This document shows positions 8,939 to 17,270 of a stretch of DNA of 51,550 bases, one piece after another (within the stretch, counting starts at the first letter, position 1; the number at the start of each line of letters is the position of its first letter). The notes under the pieces are model-generated. The model did no database searches. It had not been told where the DNA came from and was given only the letters and a program-made list of their open reading frames with translations. A program made the translations under genes and the position numbers. Location: positions 1 through 51,550 of the forward strand of contig CAYSFC010000003.1 in assembly GCA_964430665.1 (NCBI GenBank). Reading direction: 5' to 3'. The stretch is from an uncultured Methanosarcinales archaeon. Lineage in GTDB: Archaea > Nanobdellota > Nanobdellia > Woesearchaeales > SKGA01.

Positions 8939-9824
8939 TAAAACTTTAGTTGTTTCACTACCAACTTCTTGGATAGATGAAAATAACATACAAAAAGGGG
9001 ATGAGTTAGATTTAACTTATTTAGACGATAAAATATTACTTTCACCAAATATATCTTCTCAAAAAATAAAAAAAACATCCATAGATATATCTAACATAAA
9101 TGAAAGAATTTTAAGATGGAAAATATCTTCATTACACAAACAAGGCTTTGACGAAATAATAGTTCTAAATTACACAGAACAACAACTCAATATAATTAAA
9201 GAGTTACTTCAAAATTTATTTATAGGTTTTATAATAAAAGAAAAAACAAAACTTAAAATAGTTGTGGGCCAAATAGCAATAACTGATGCCTCTGAATTTA
9301 ATTCGACTTTAAGAAGATCTTTTAGACAACTAATTTCTGCAACAAACGACCTTTTAGAATCTTTCAAAACACGAAACGAATTAGTTTTGTCAAATTTAAT
9401 ACATCTGGAACATGAAAATAATAAATTAACAAACTTTTGTGAAAGATTATTAAATAAAACTCTAAAAGAAAAAGAAAAAGGTCATTTTTGGTATGTGATT
9501 GTATGGAATCTAGAGAAAATAATGGATAACTTTAAACATATATCAAAATACTACTTAGGTAAAATTCCAGAACCTGATGATGAAATAACAATTACTTTAA
9601 CAAAATTAAAAGAATATGTTGAAGAATATTATGAATGTTTCTACGATTTTTCATTTGAAAAATTAACGAAATTAAGTGAAAAAAACAAAGAAATTGAACA
9701 AGAAATTCTCACAAAAATGAATGAAGACAACAAATTCACTATATTACTTCATTATAGTCACATATTATTGATACAAATAGCTGATTTTTCAGCATCTTTA
9801 ATTGCTTTAAAAAATAAAGGTTAG
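8910..9824 (+). CDS. AbrB/SpoVT-domain protein with PhoU-like helical C-terminal region (second paralogue)
   Basis: IKIADKTLVVSLPTSWIDENNIQKGDELDL. Size and layout match 5003..5953. Confidence 0.6.
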   Translation: MKRKIIKIADKTLVVSLPTSWIDENNIQKGDELDLTYLDDKILLSPNISSQKIKKTSIDISNINERILRWKISSLHKQGFDEIIVLNYTEQQLNIIKELLQNLFIGFIIKEKTKLKIVVGQIAITDASEFNSTLRRSFRQLISATNDLLESFKTRNELVLSNLIHLEHENNKLTNFCERLLNKTLKEKEKGHFWYVIVWNLEKIMDNFKHISKYYLGKIPEPDDEITITLTKLKEYVEEYYECFYDFSFEKLTKLSEKNKEIEQEILTKMNEDNKFTILLHYSHILLIQIADFSASLIALKNKG

Positions 9825-9877
9825 TATCTACTACAATACCCATAATTTTTTAAACAGATTTTTTTACCTATATATTT

Positions 9878-12025
9878 ATGGAATTTAACTCTGATGGTTC
9901 ATTAAAAGTTTCAAAAAAATCTTCTGAAGACCATATAAGTGTTTTCAAATTAATCGACGAATTGGAATTTTTTATAGGAAAAAAACTATTGATGGAACTA
10001 TTAAGAGGAGAAACAAACTCCAAAGTTATGAAACACAACTTTCATAGAAAAATATATCATGGTTGTTTAGGAGGATATGAGAAAGAAGAAATTTCCTTAT
10101 TTATTGATTATTTAATAAATTTAAAATTTTTAAGAATTAAAAAAGAAAAAGGATTATACTCAGTATTAGTCTTAACAGATAAAGCAAGAGAAGAGATAGA
10201 TAATAAAGAATTTTCATTTAAAGTAGATGGTTTAAAAGACAACACTAATAAAATAACATTTCCTTCATGCGAAATAACTGAAAAAGATAAATTATTATTC
10301 AAAGAATTTGATTTTTTCTTGAAAGAATTTACTGATGAGCAAAAAAAAGCAATAATAGAAACAAATTCCAAACAAATATGTATTGCTGGAGCGGGGTCTG
10401 GTAAAACAAAAGTTTTAACAAATAAAATTGTTTTCTTGGTGAAATTTTTAGGTGTCAATCCTCAAGACATATTAGCAATAACTTTTACAAGAAAAGCGCG
10501 CCACGAAATGATGTCAAGATTATCTAAACTTCTTCCAGATAAAAACATACGAATAGAAACCTTTAATTCGTTTGCAGAAAAGGAAATAAGTTATCACTCA
10601 TTATTACTTTATGGAAAAGAAAAAAGGATGGCCTCATCAAAAGAATTCATACGAATAATAACTATAGGAATAAATGAGTTAGGATTCACAGTTGATAAAT
10701 TTTTAGACCATTATTTTACAAAAAGAGAGAAAAGAAATAAAGATTCAAGACAATTATTTTTTTCATTTCTATATGATTTTTCAGCAATATTAGATTCATT
10801 CATACAATCTGAGAAAAATGTGGAAGAATTTATGAAGAAATCCAAATTCAGCAAACTATGTGATAGAGTAACTGCAGAAAATTTAGTTCAACTAGTTCAA
10901 CTAGTTTCTCAAAAATTAGAATTTAATTCTCTAAGAACATATAGTGATCAATTAGTAGATATAGTTAAATTATACAAAGATCATCCTAAAATTAGAAAAA
11001 ATTATCCTTGGGTTCTAGTTGACGAATATCAAGATATAAATGAAGAACAATTCCAACTTTTAAATTTGATTTCCTCAAAAAATATGTTTGTTGTTGGAGA
11101 TCCTAGGCAAAGTATTTTTGCTTGGAGGGGTGCAAATCCTGACAGAGTAACAAATTTCATAGAAGATGATGTTTCAGTTATGCAACTAACAACAAATTTT
11201 CGTTCACATAAAAAAATAGTTCAATTCACAAACGAACTTATAGGAGATATGGGTTTTCAACCAACAAAATCTAACTCTAAAGAAGAAGGTGCAGTAATAG
11301 TCACCCAATATTCCTCCGAAGATGATGAAGCAACAAAAATAATAAATGAAGTTTTAGAACTACAAATCCCTAGAAAAGAAATATTTATTCTTTCTAGAAC
11401 AAATAAAGGTCTTGAAAAAATCAAAAATATCTGCGATTTTAAAGGAATAAAGTATTTAATGCGAACTGATGAAAAAAAACAAATAAATTTAGAACCAAAA
11501 GACGACGAAATCACTCTTTCAACAGTTCATGCAATAAAAGGATTAGAAGCAAAAGTAGTTTACGTAATTGGCACAAATTACCAAAACTATCCTTGTAAGG
11601 CCAAAGATCATAGATTCGTTGAATTATTTGCATCTACAAACGAATACGATCAAATACAAGAAGAAAAAAGACTTCTTTACGTAGCATGTACAAGAGCAAA
11701 AAATCTTCTAAGAATAACTTACACTTCCACAATTTCTCCATTCATAACTTCTTCAGTTCTAAAGTCAGTAGACTTAAAAAAACAAGAAACGAACAAAATA
11801 TCTGATTTTGGAAAACAGAGAAATGCTTTAAAAAGGTGGAGATATTTAGAAGCCAAAGATAGAGGAATTGCACCTTATCAAATATTCACAGATTCAATTT
11901 TAGAACAATTAATTGAATTACAACCAAAAGATATAACTGAATTAGAATTTATTTCTGGATTTAATCCTGCCAAAAGAAATGAATTTGGATACGATATTAT
12001 CTCAATAATGTTAAAAAATGCTTAA
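9878..12025 (+). CDS. SF1 UvrD/Rep-type helicase with an N-terminal RQC-like winged helix and a C-terminal HRDC domain
   Basis: Helicase motifs: AGAGSGKT, VLVDEYQD, VGDPRQSIFAWRGA, TVHAIKGLE, LLYVACTRAK. The N-terminus has LLMELLRGETNSKV...LFIDYLINLKFL. The C-terminus has LKRWRYLEAKDRGIAPYQIFTDSILEQLIELQPKDITELEFISGF. Confidence 0.85.
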   Translation: MEFNSDGSLKVSKKSSEDHISVFKLIDELEFFIGKKLLMELLRGETNSKVMKHNFHRKIYHGCLGGYEKEEISLFIDYLINLKFLRIKKEKGLYSVLVLTDKAREEIDNKEFSFKVDGLKDNTNKITFPSCEITEKDKLLFKEFDFFLKEFTDEQKKAIIETNSKQICIAGAGSGKTKVLTNKIVFLVKFLGVNPQDILAITFTRKARHEMMSRLSKLLPDKNIRIETFNSFAEKEISYHSLLLYGKEKRMASSKEFIRIITIGINELGFTVDKFLDHYFTKREKRNKDSRQLFFSFLYDFSAILDSFIQSEKNVEEFMKKSKFSKLCDRVTAENLVQLVQLVSQKLEFNSLRTYSDQLVDIVKLYKDHPKIRKNYPWVLVDEYQDINEEQFQLLNLISSKNMFVVGDPRQSIFAWRGANPDRVTNFIEDDVSVMQLTTNFRSHKKIVQFTNELIGDMGFQPTKSNSKEEGAVIVTQYSSEDDEATKIINEVLELQIPRKEIFILSRTNKGLEKIKNICDFKGIKYLMRTDEKKQINLEPKDDEITLSTVHAIKGLEAKVVYVIGTNYQNYPCKAKDHRFVELFASTNEYDQIQEEKRLLYVACTRAKNLLRITYTSTISPFITSSVLKSVDLKKQETNKISDFGKQRNALKRWRYLEAKDRGIAPYQIFTDSILEQLIELQPKDITELEFISGFNPAKRNEFGYDIISIMLKNA

Positions 12026-12097
12026 TATTATTTTAATCTCCTCTTACAAATAATTAAAAAACTACTTTGAAGAACTAACTTTCATAAAATCAGATTG

Positions 12098-12361
12098 TCA
12101 TTTAATTCTACCCAAAAAATAGTTGAGACAGTCTAATTCATCAAAAACCGCTCTTTTTCGAATTTCCTTTCCAAACTCTAACACAAAACTTTTATCTTTA
12201 GAAACTTTAGCGCCACAAACAGGACAAGTAAATACTTTATCTTCCTCATGACGTAATTTCTTATTAATTATTTTGTGTATGTTTCCTTCATCAAGGTCCT
12301 TTTTAAGTAAATTCAACTCATTAAAAGACAAATTTTCTATTATTTGGGCTAATTTGTTCAT
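12098..12361 (-). CDS. Small zinc-ribbon protein
   Basis: 87 aa with CPVCGAKV. Its start overlaps the stop of the upstream gene (TAATG). Confidence 0.5.
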   Translation of the reverse strand: MNKLAQIIENLSFNELNLLKKDLDEGNIHKIINKKLRHEEDKVFTCPVCGAKVSKDKSFVLEFGKEIRKRAVFDELDCLNYFLGRIK

Positions 12362-13023
12362 TAAATTCTCTCCTTAAGTTGTTTAAATAAACCATCTTTA
12401 TCAAAAAGAGGTTTTGCTCTAGTTATATGTGATAAATAATATGAGTCTTTTTTGGATATACCTTCTTCACACTCATCAATACTATTTATCCAACAAACAA
12501 TTGTCTTCTCAACCCCTTTTTCATCCCTAACTTTAACATGACTTATTTTTCCTCTAAGAACATCACAATTCTTTACCAAGGCAATTCCAAATAATTCAAT
12601 TTTATGTTCATCAACAGATATTAATGCTAGAGAAATCAATTTATCAAATTCATCAATATTTTCCCAATAAAATTTACTCATAAGATAATGTGTTGCGTTA
12701 TTCATGATAGAAAGAATTTGAATATATGTTAAAATATGATCTTCTTTACCCAGCCTAAATTGATTTGCATATCCGTTTCTTAATAAACTTATGTCAACAA
12801 TATCTTGAGCAATCTGATAGTATGTTTTAGGTTTTCCTGCAAGATTATTTCTAACAACTTTCTTTTTCAAATATCCTTGTGCTTCAAGTAACAATAATTG
12901 TTGATGAATATAAGGAACACTATACTTTAATTTAGAAGCCAATTCTGTTGGAGAACTTTCTTTCTCAGCAACACTTTTCAATATCAAAAATTTAGCTTCA
13001 CTCAAATTACAATATTCTGGCAT
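12361..13023 (-). CDS. Winged-helix (ArsR/MarR-like) DNA-binding protein with an unassigned C-terminal domain
   Basis: LILKSVAEKESSPTELASKLKYSVPYIHQQLLLLEAQGYLKKK. Confidence 0.6.
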   Translation of the reverse strand: MPEYCNLSEAKFLILKSVAEKESSPTELASKLKYSVPYIHQQLLLLEAQGYLKKKVVRNNLAGKPKTYYQIAQDIVDISLLRNGYANQFRLGKEDHILTYIQILSIMNNATHYLMSKFYWENIDEFDKLISLALISVDEHKIELFGIALVKNCDVLRGKISHVKVRDEKGVEKTIVCWINSIDECEEGISKKDSYYLSHITRAKPLFDKDGLFKQLKERI

Positions 13024-13066
13024 GTATATATTTAAATTAAACTCATTTATAAATTTTTTGTTTAAT

Positions 13067-13083
13067 AATTAAGTTACTTAATT
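13067..13083. promoter_or_regulatory. Perfect 8-bp inverted repeat (candidate operator) in a divergent intergenic region
   Basis: AATTAAGT-T-ACTTAATT, followed by a third half-site-like TTAAGTAA. Confidence 0.35.
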
Positions 13084-13239
13084 TAAGTAAATAGATAAAT
13101 AATACACAATATAAGTGTTTTTAAGGCAAATTATTTAAATCAAATTAGTATATCATTATGAAATAATCAAGAAAAACAACTAATTTTGGGGAGATTTACA
13201 TAAAAATGTTATCACTCAAAAATGTTGACGAGGTGTAAT

Positions 13240-14529
13240 GTGAGAGTTTTAATGTTTGGTTGGGAATTTCCTCCTTTTTTTGCAGGCGGTGTAGGAACTG
13301 TTTGCTACGAATTAACTAAACAACTTTCCGCAGACGGTCTCGATATACAATATGTTATGCCTTTTTGTCCTGATTCTTTAAATCCTGGCTTTGTAAAATT
13401 ACACAATGCAACAAAAAAAGCAGGTGAAGTTTGTCTTTCAACAACACAAGTTATCAAGATAAAAAAAATACATTCAATTCTTTCAGCATACCAAACAGAA
13501 GAAGAATATGAAGAATCCTTAAAACACGTAACTTCAAAAGTCAAATCTACTTTAGGAGATAAAAACAACACATCTAAACTTTATGGAAAAAACATGTTTG
13601 AAGAAATACAACTTTTTGCACAAAGAGCCAAAAAAATGTATCTCGAAGGACAATTTGAAGATTTCGATGTTATTCACGCACACGACTGGACAACATTACC
13701 CGCGGCGCTCGCCGTTAAAAAATTAAGTGGAAAACCTCTTGCAGTTCACGTTCACATAACTGAGTTCAACAAAACTGGAAATAACACAGCACATCCAGAA
13801 ATATACAAGATAGAAATAGAAGGATTCAGAGGAGCAGACAAAGTAATTGCAATAAGTAATTTAATCAAAAATACTGTTGAAGAAAAATACAACGTTTCCT
13901 CAGAGAAAGTTGAAGTAATTCATAATGGAGGAATAAAAATGCAACCCGTTTCTGAAACAGATAAAAAAGAACTCTTAGGGGAACAATATAATGAAGGAGA
14001 CAATATAATTTTATATGCTGGACGAGTTACTGGCATGAAAGGACCTCTCAGATTCATTGAAATGGCTAAAAAAGTCTTAGAACACAAACCCAACACTATT
14101 TTTGTCATGGCTGGAACAGGAGATCAACTAAATCAATGTATTCAAAGAACAAAAGATTTGAATATTGAAGATAAATTTCATTTTTTCGGTTTTTATTCAA
14201 GAGAAGATGCAGAGAAACTCTACAACGTTGCAGATGTTTTCGTACTTCCTTCACAACTCGAACCATTTGGTGTAACTCCTCTAGAAGCAATGATAAAAGA
14301 AACACCTGTTGTTCTCAGTAAACAATCAGGAGTTGCAGAAGTGGTTGACAATTGTTTAATAACTGATTTCTGGGACATAGATAAAATGGCATCTAGTGTA
14401 ATAAGTCTTCTAACATACCCACACCTCCACAAAACCATACAAGAAGAGGGTAAATCAGAAGCTGAAAAATTAGATTGGAAAAAACCTGCAAAAGAATGCG
14501 AAGAGTTATACAGGAGGATGGTAGTTTGA
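13240..14529 (+). CDS. glgA: Glycogen/starch synthase-like glycosyltransferase (archaeal GlgA type)
   Basis: Motifs: MFGWEFPPFFAGGVGTV, HAHDWTT, GRVTGMKG, PSQLEPFGVTPLEAM. A GTG start after GAGGTG is preferred over the track ATG at 13222. Confidence 0.8.
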   Translation: MRVLMFGWEFPPFFAGGVGTVCYELTKQLSADGLDIQYVMPFCPDSLNPGFVKLHNATKKAGEVCLSTTQVIKIKKIHSILSAYQTEEEYEESLKHVTSKVKSTLGDKNNTSKLYGKNMFEEIQLFAQRAKKMYLEGQFEDFDVIHAHDWTTLPAALAVKKLSGKPLAVHVHITEFNKTGNNTAHPEIYKIEIEGFRGADKVIAISNLIKNTVEEKYNVSSEKVEVIHNGGIKMQPVSETDKKELLGEQYNEGDNIILYAGRVTGMKGPLRFIEMAKKVLEHKPNTIFVMAGTGDQLNQCIQRTKDLNIEDKFHFFGFYSREDAEKLYNVADVFVLPSQLEPFGVTPLEAMIKETPVVLSKQSGVAEVVDNCLITDFWDIDKMASSVISLLTYPHLHKTIQEEGKSEAEKLDWKKPAKECEELYRRMVV

Positions 14530-15473
14530 AAAATATTCTTCTAGTTGTGTTCAACACACCCTCAAATCTTAATTCAATGAATGTTTTTGAAGTGGGAACA
14601 AATAAACCTTATTTCAACCACGGAAAAACAAAACATCATCTTTCAAACGAAATTGTTCCTGCGATAGAAAAAGCAGTGAAATTTTTAACACCTCTTGCTA
14701 AAAAACAAAACATCAACATTTTATTATGTGGAAGAACTTTAGATTGGTTAAATTCACATTCTAAAGAAACTTTAAACACATTAAAAACATTCCTAAGACT
14801 CCCAAAAGTAAAATTACTAACTTCAACATACTACAATTCTAATCCTTTAAGTCTACAACCAGAAGAATTTGAATTTCAATTAAAATCTCACATAAATATT
14901 TTAAAATCAACTCTTGGTAAAAAATCAACTACTTTAGTTACAACAAACCCACTAAATAAAGAACAAAATAAAATTTCTCAAAAATTAGGTATAAGAAATT
15001 CAATAACGGTCGATAAGTTTAACACAGGTGAAATAACATATTCCGATAAATTACAAATAAATATATTGACTACAGATTATTTCCTAGAGGATAATCAAAT
15101 TAGCTCAAATTTAAATACTAAATCAATTAATTTCTCAAAAATAGACAAAACCTTACTCTCGAAAATTGATTGGGATGAAATGATAAAAAAACGATCTAAA
15201 CTTCATAATCACATACACGAAGAACTACTAAGTTTTTATCCAATCATAAAAAAGTTAAACGACAAAAATCATCTTGAAGATTGGAGAATGTTAAATTCTG
15301 CAGTTGATTTAGAATCAAAAAATAAATATGATAATTATATGAATGTAATGAATACTTTAAATGACATTTCATTCAAAATAAAAAACATACATTTACTAAA
15401 ATCTGGAAAAGAAATAATTAAACCAAATATTGTAAATAATCCATCAGAAATATTAAAATCAATTTTAAATTAG
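14475..15473 (+). CDS. Unassigned protein inside the glycogen locus
   Basis: 332-aa ORF. A TTG at 14526 overlapping the upstream stop is an alternative start. There is faint GH57-like resemblance (KVKLLTSTYYNSNPLSL) but no catalytic signature I can support. Confidence 0.5.
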   Translation: MEKTCKRMRRVIQEDGSLKNILLVVFNTPSNLNSMNVFEVGTNKPYFNHGKTKHHLSNEIVPAIEKAVKFLTPLAKKQNINILLCGRTLDWLNSHSKETLNTLKTFLRLPKVKLLTSTYYNSNPLSLQPEEFEFQLKSHINILKSTLGKKSTTLVTTNPLNKEQNKISQKLGIRNSITVDKFNTGEITYSDKLQINILTTDYFLEDNQISSNLNTKSINFSKIDKTLLSKIDWDEMIKKRSKLHNHIHEELLSFYPIIKKLNDKNHLEDWRMLNSAVDLESKNKYDNYMNVMNTLNDISFKIKNIHLLKSGKEIIKPNIVNNPSEILKSILN

Positions 15474-15482
15474 GTGAGACAA

Positions 15483-17270
15483 ATGAAAGGCGAGGCAGAT
15501 ATGCTATTTGAAGTCTCTTGGGAGACTACAAATAAATGTGGAGGAATATACACTGTTATTAGTTCCAAAGCTAAATTAATGACAGAAATATATGATGAAT
15601 ATTTTTCAGTAGGTCCTCTTTTCGACAAATTACCTATAGATTTTACACAAGAAAACATCCCTTCTAATTTTGAACCAATCATAAATGAATTAAGCGAAGA
15701 AGGAATAAAATGTATTTATGGTCTTTGGAATATTCCAGGTGCTCCAAAAACATTTCTAATAGATGGAAGAAGATTAAATTCACAACTAGACAAAATTAAA
15801 ACTTCTCTTTGGGAAAAATACGGTATTGACTCTTTAACTTGTTCCCATGATTTCAACGAACCTTTAATTTGGTCATGGGCTGTTGGAATATTTTTAGAAA
15901 AAGTTGGAAATGTTTTTCCAAATAAAAAAATAGTTGGTCATTTTCATGAATGGTTATCAGGATTTTCACTTTTACATTTAAAAAATGTCAATTCTTCTGT
16001 AAAAAGCGTATTTACAACTCATGCAACAATGCTTGGAAGAACAATAGCTTCAAATGGTGAAAATTTATATGACTCTTTAAACCAAATAAACCCTGAAAAA
16101 AAATCCAAAGAAATGAACATATCTGAAAAATTTACAACAGAAAAAGCTTGCGCACTAAATTCAGATGTATTCACAACAGTTTCAAACATAACTGCAAATG
16201 AATGTAATGCGTTTTTTGGAAGAATGCCTCAAATTTTACCCAACGGACTCTTAATAGATGATGAATTTCCAAATTTTGAAGAAGCATCATACAATCACCA
16301 CAATTTAAAAAAGAAATTAAAAAATGTTTGCAAAGGATATTTCTTCCCATATCAAATTTTTGATCTAGATAACACAATGTTTTTTTATTTCAGTGGGAGA
16401 TATGAATTTATGACTAAAGGATTAAATACTCTTCCAAGAGCGTTAGGAAAATTAAACAATTATTTGAAATTATCTGATTCAGATAAAACTGTTGTAATGT
16501 TGTTTTTAGTTGCAATGAATAACACAACCATAAAGAATGAAGTTCTCGAAAACAAAAATAACTTTCAAATATTAAAAAATATAATTGATTCCACGTTCGA
16601 TAAAATAATTGACAAAGCAATTAATCAAATCATGAGTGGAAATTCAATGTCTTCTATGAACATACCTAAAGAAGAAACAATACTTAAATTATTTTCATAC
16701 AAGATGAAAAAAACAGGATTACCTCCTTTGTGTTCTCACTTTTTACCTTACGATGAAAACGAAGATAACCTTATTAAAGAATTAAAAAGAAATAATTTAT
16801 TGAACAGACCTGAAGATCAAGTAAAAGTAATTATGGTTCCATATTATTTAGATGGTAGTGATGGTTTATTTGATATGAGTTATTACGACATAGTTAATGC
16901 TTGTCATCTGGGTTTATTTCCAAGTTATTATGAGCCTTGGGGATACACTCCTTTAGAATCTGTTGCTTTTGGAGTTCCTGCACTAACAACAGATGAAGCT
17001 GGTTTTGGAAAATTTGTTGAAGATAAATTACCTCCTTCTCATCCAGGAATATTCTTATGTGGTTGGCAAAGAACAAATGCAGACAACGCAGATTTGATTT
17101 TTGAACATATGCGAAACTATATTTCTTTTGATGCACATGCAAGAATTGCTTGTAAAATGAATGCACACAAATTATCTGGAACTGCTGATTGGAAAAACCT
17201 AATAGTAAATTACATTAAAGCGCACAATGACGCTTTAAATAATAGAACTAAAAATGAAAAGAATAATTAA
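15483..17270 (+). CDS. Eukaryote-type (GT3 family) glycogen synthase
   Basis: Motifs: LFEVSWETTNKCGGIYTVISSKAK, HFHEWLSG, VFTTHATMLGR, FTTVSNITANE, GRYEFMTKG, CHLGLFPSYYEPWGYTPLES. All are collinear with animal/fungal GYS sequences as I recall them. The ATG lies 5 nt after TAGGTGA. Confidence 0.9.
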   Translation: MKGEADMLFEVSWETTNKCGGIYTVISSKAKLMTEIYDEYFSVGPLFDKLPIDFTQENIPSNFEPIINELSEEGIKCIYGLWNIPGAPKTFLIDGRRLNSQLDKIKTSLWEKYGIDSLTCSHDFNEPLIWSWAVGIFLEKVGNVFPNKKIVGHFHEWLSGFSLLHLKNVNSSVKSVFTTHATMLGRTIASNGENLYDSLNQINPEKKSKEMNISEKFTTEKACALNSDVFTTVSNITANECNAFFGRMPQILPNGLLIDDEFPNFEEASYNHHNLKKKLKNVCKGYFFPYQIFDLDNTMFFYFSGRYEFMTKGLNTLPRALGKLNNYLKLSDSDKTVVMLFLVAMNNTTIKNEVLENKNNFQILKNIIDSTFDKIIDKAINQIMSGNSMSSMNIPKEETILKLFSYKMKKTGLPPLCSHFLPYDENEDNLIKELKRNNLLNRPEDQVKVIMVPYYLDGSDGLFDMSYYDIVNACHLGLFPSYYEPWGYTPLESVAFGVPALTTDEAGFGKFVEDKLPPSHPGIFLCGWQRTNADNADLIFEHMRNYISFDAHARIACKMNAHKLSGTADWKNLIVNYIKAHNDALNNRTKNEKNN

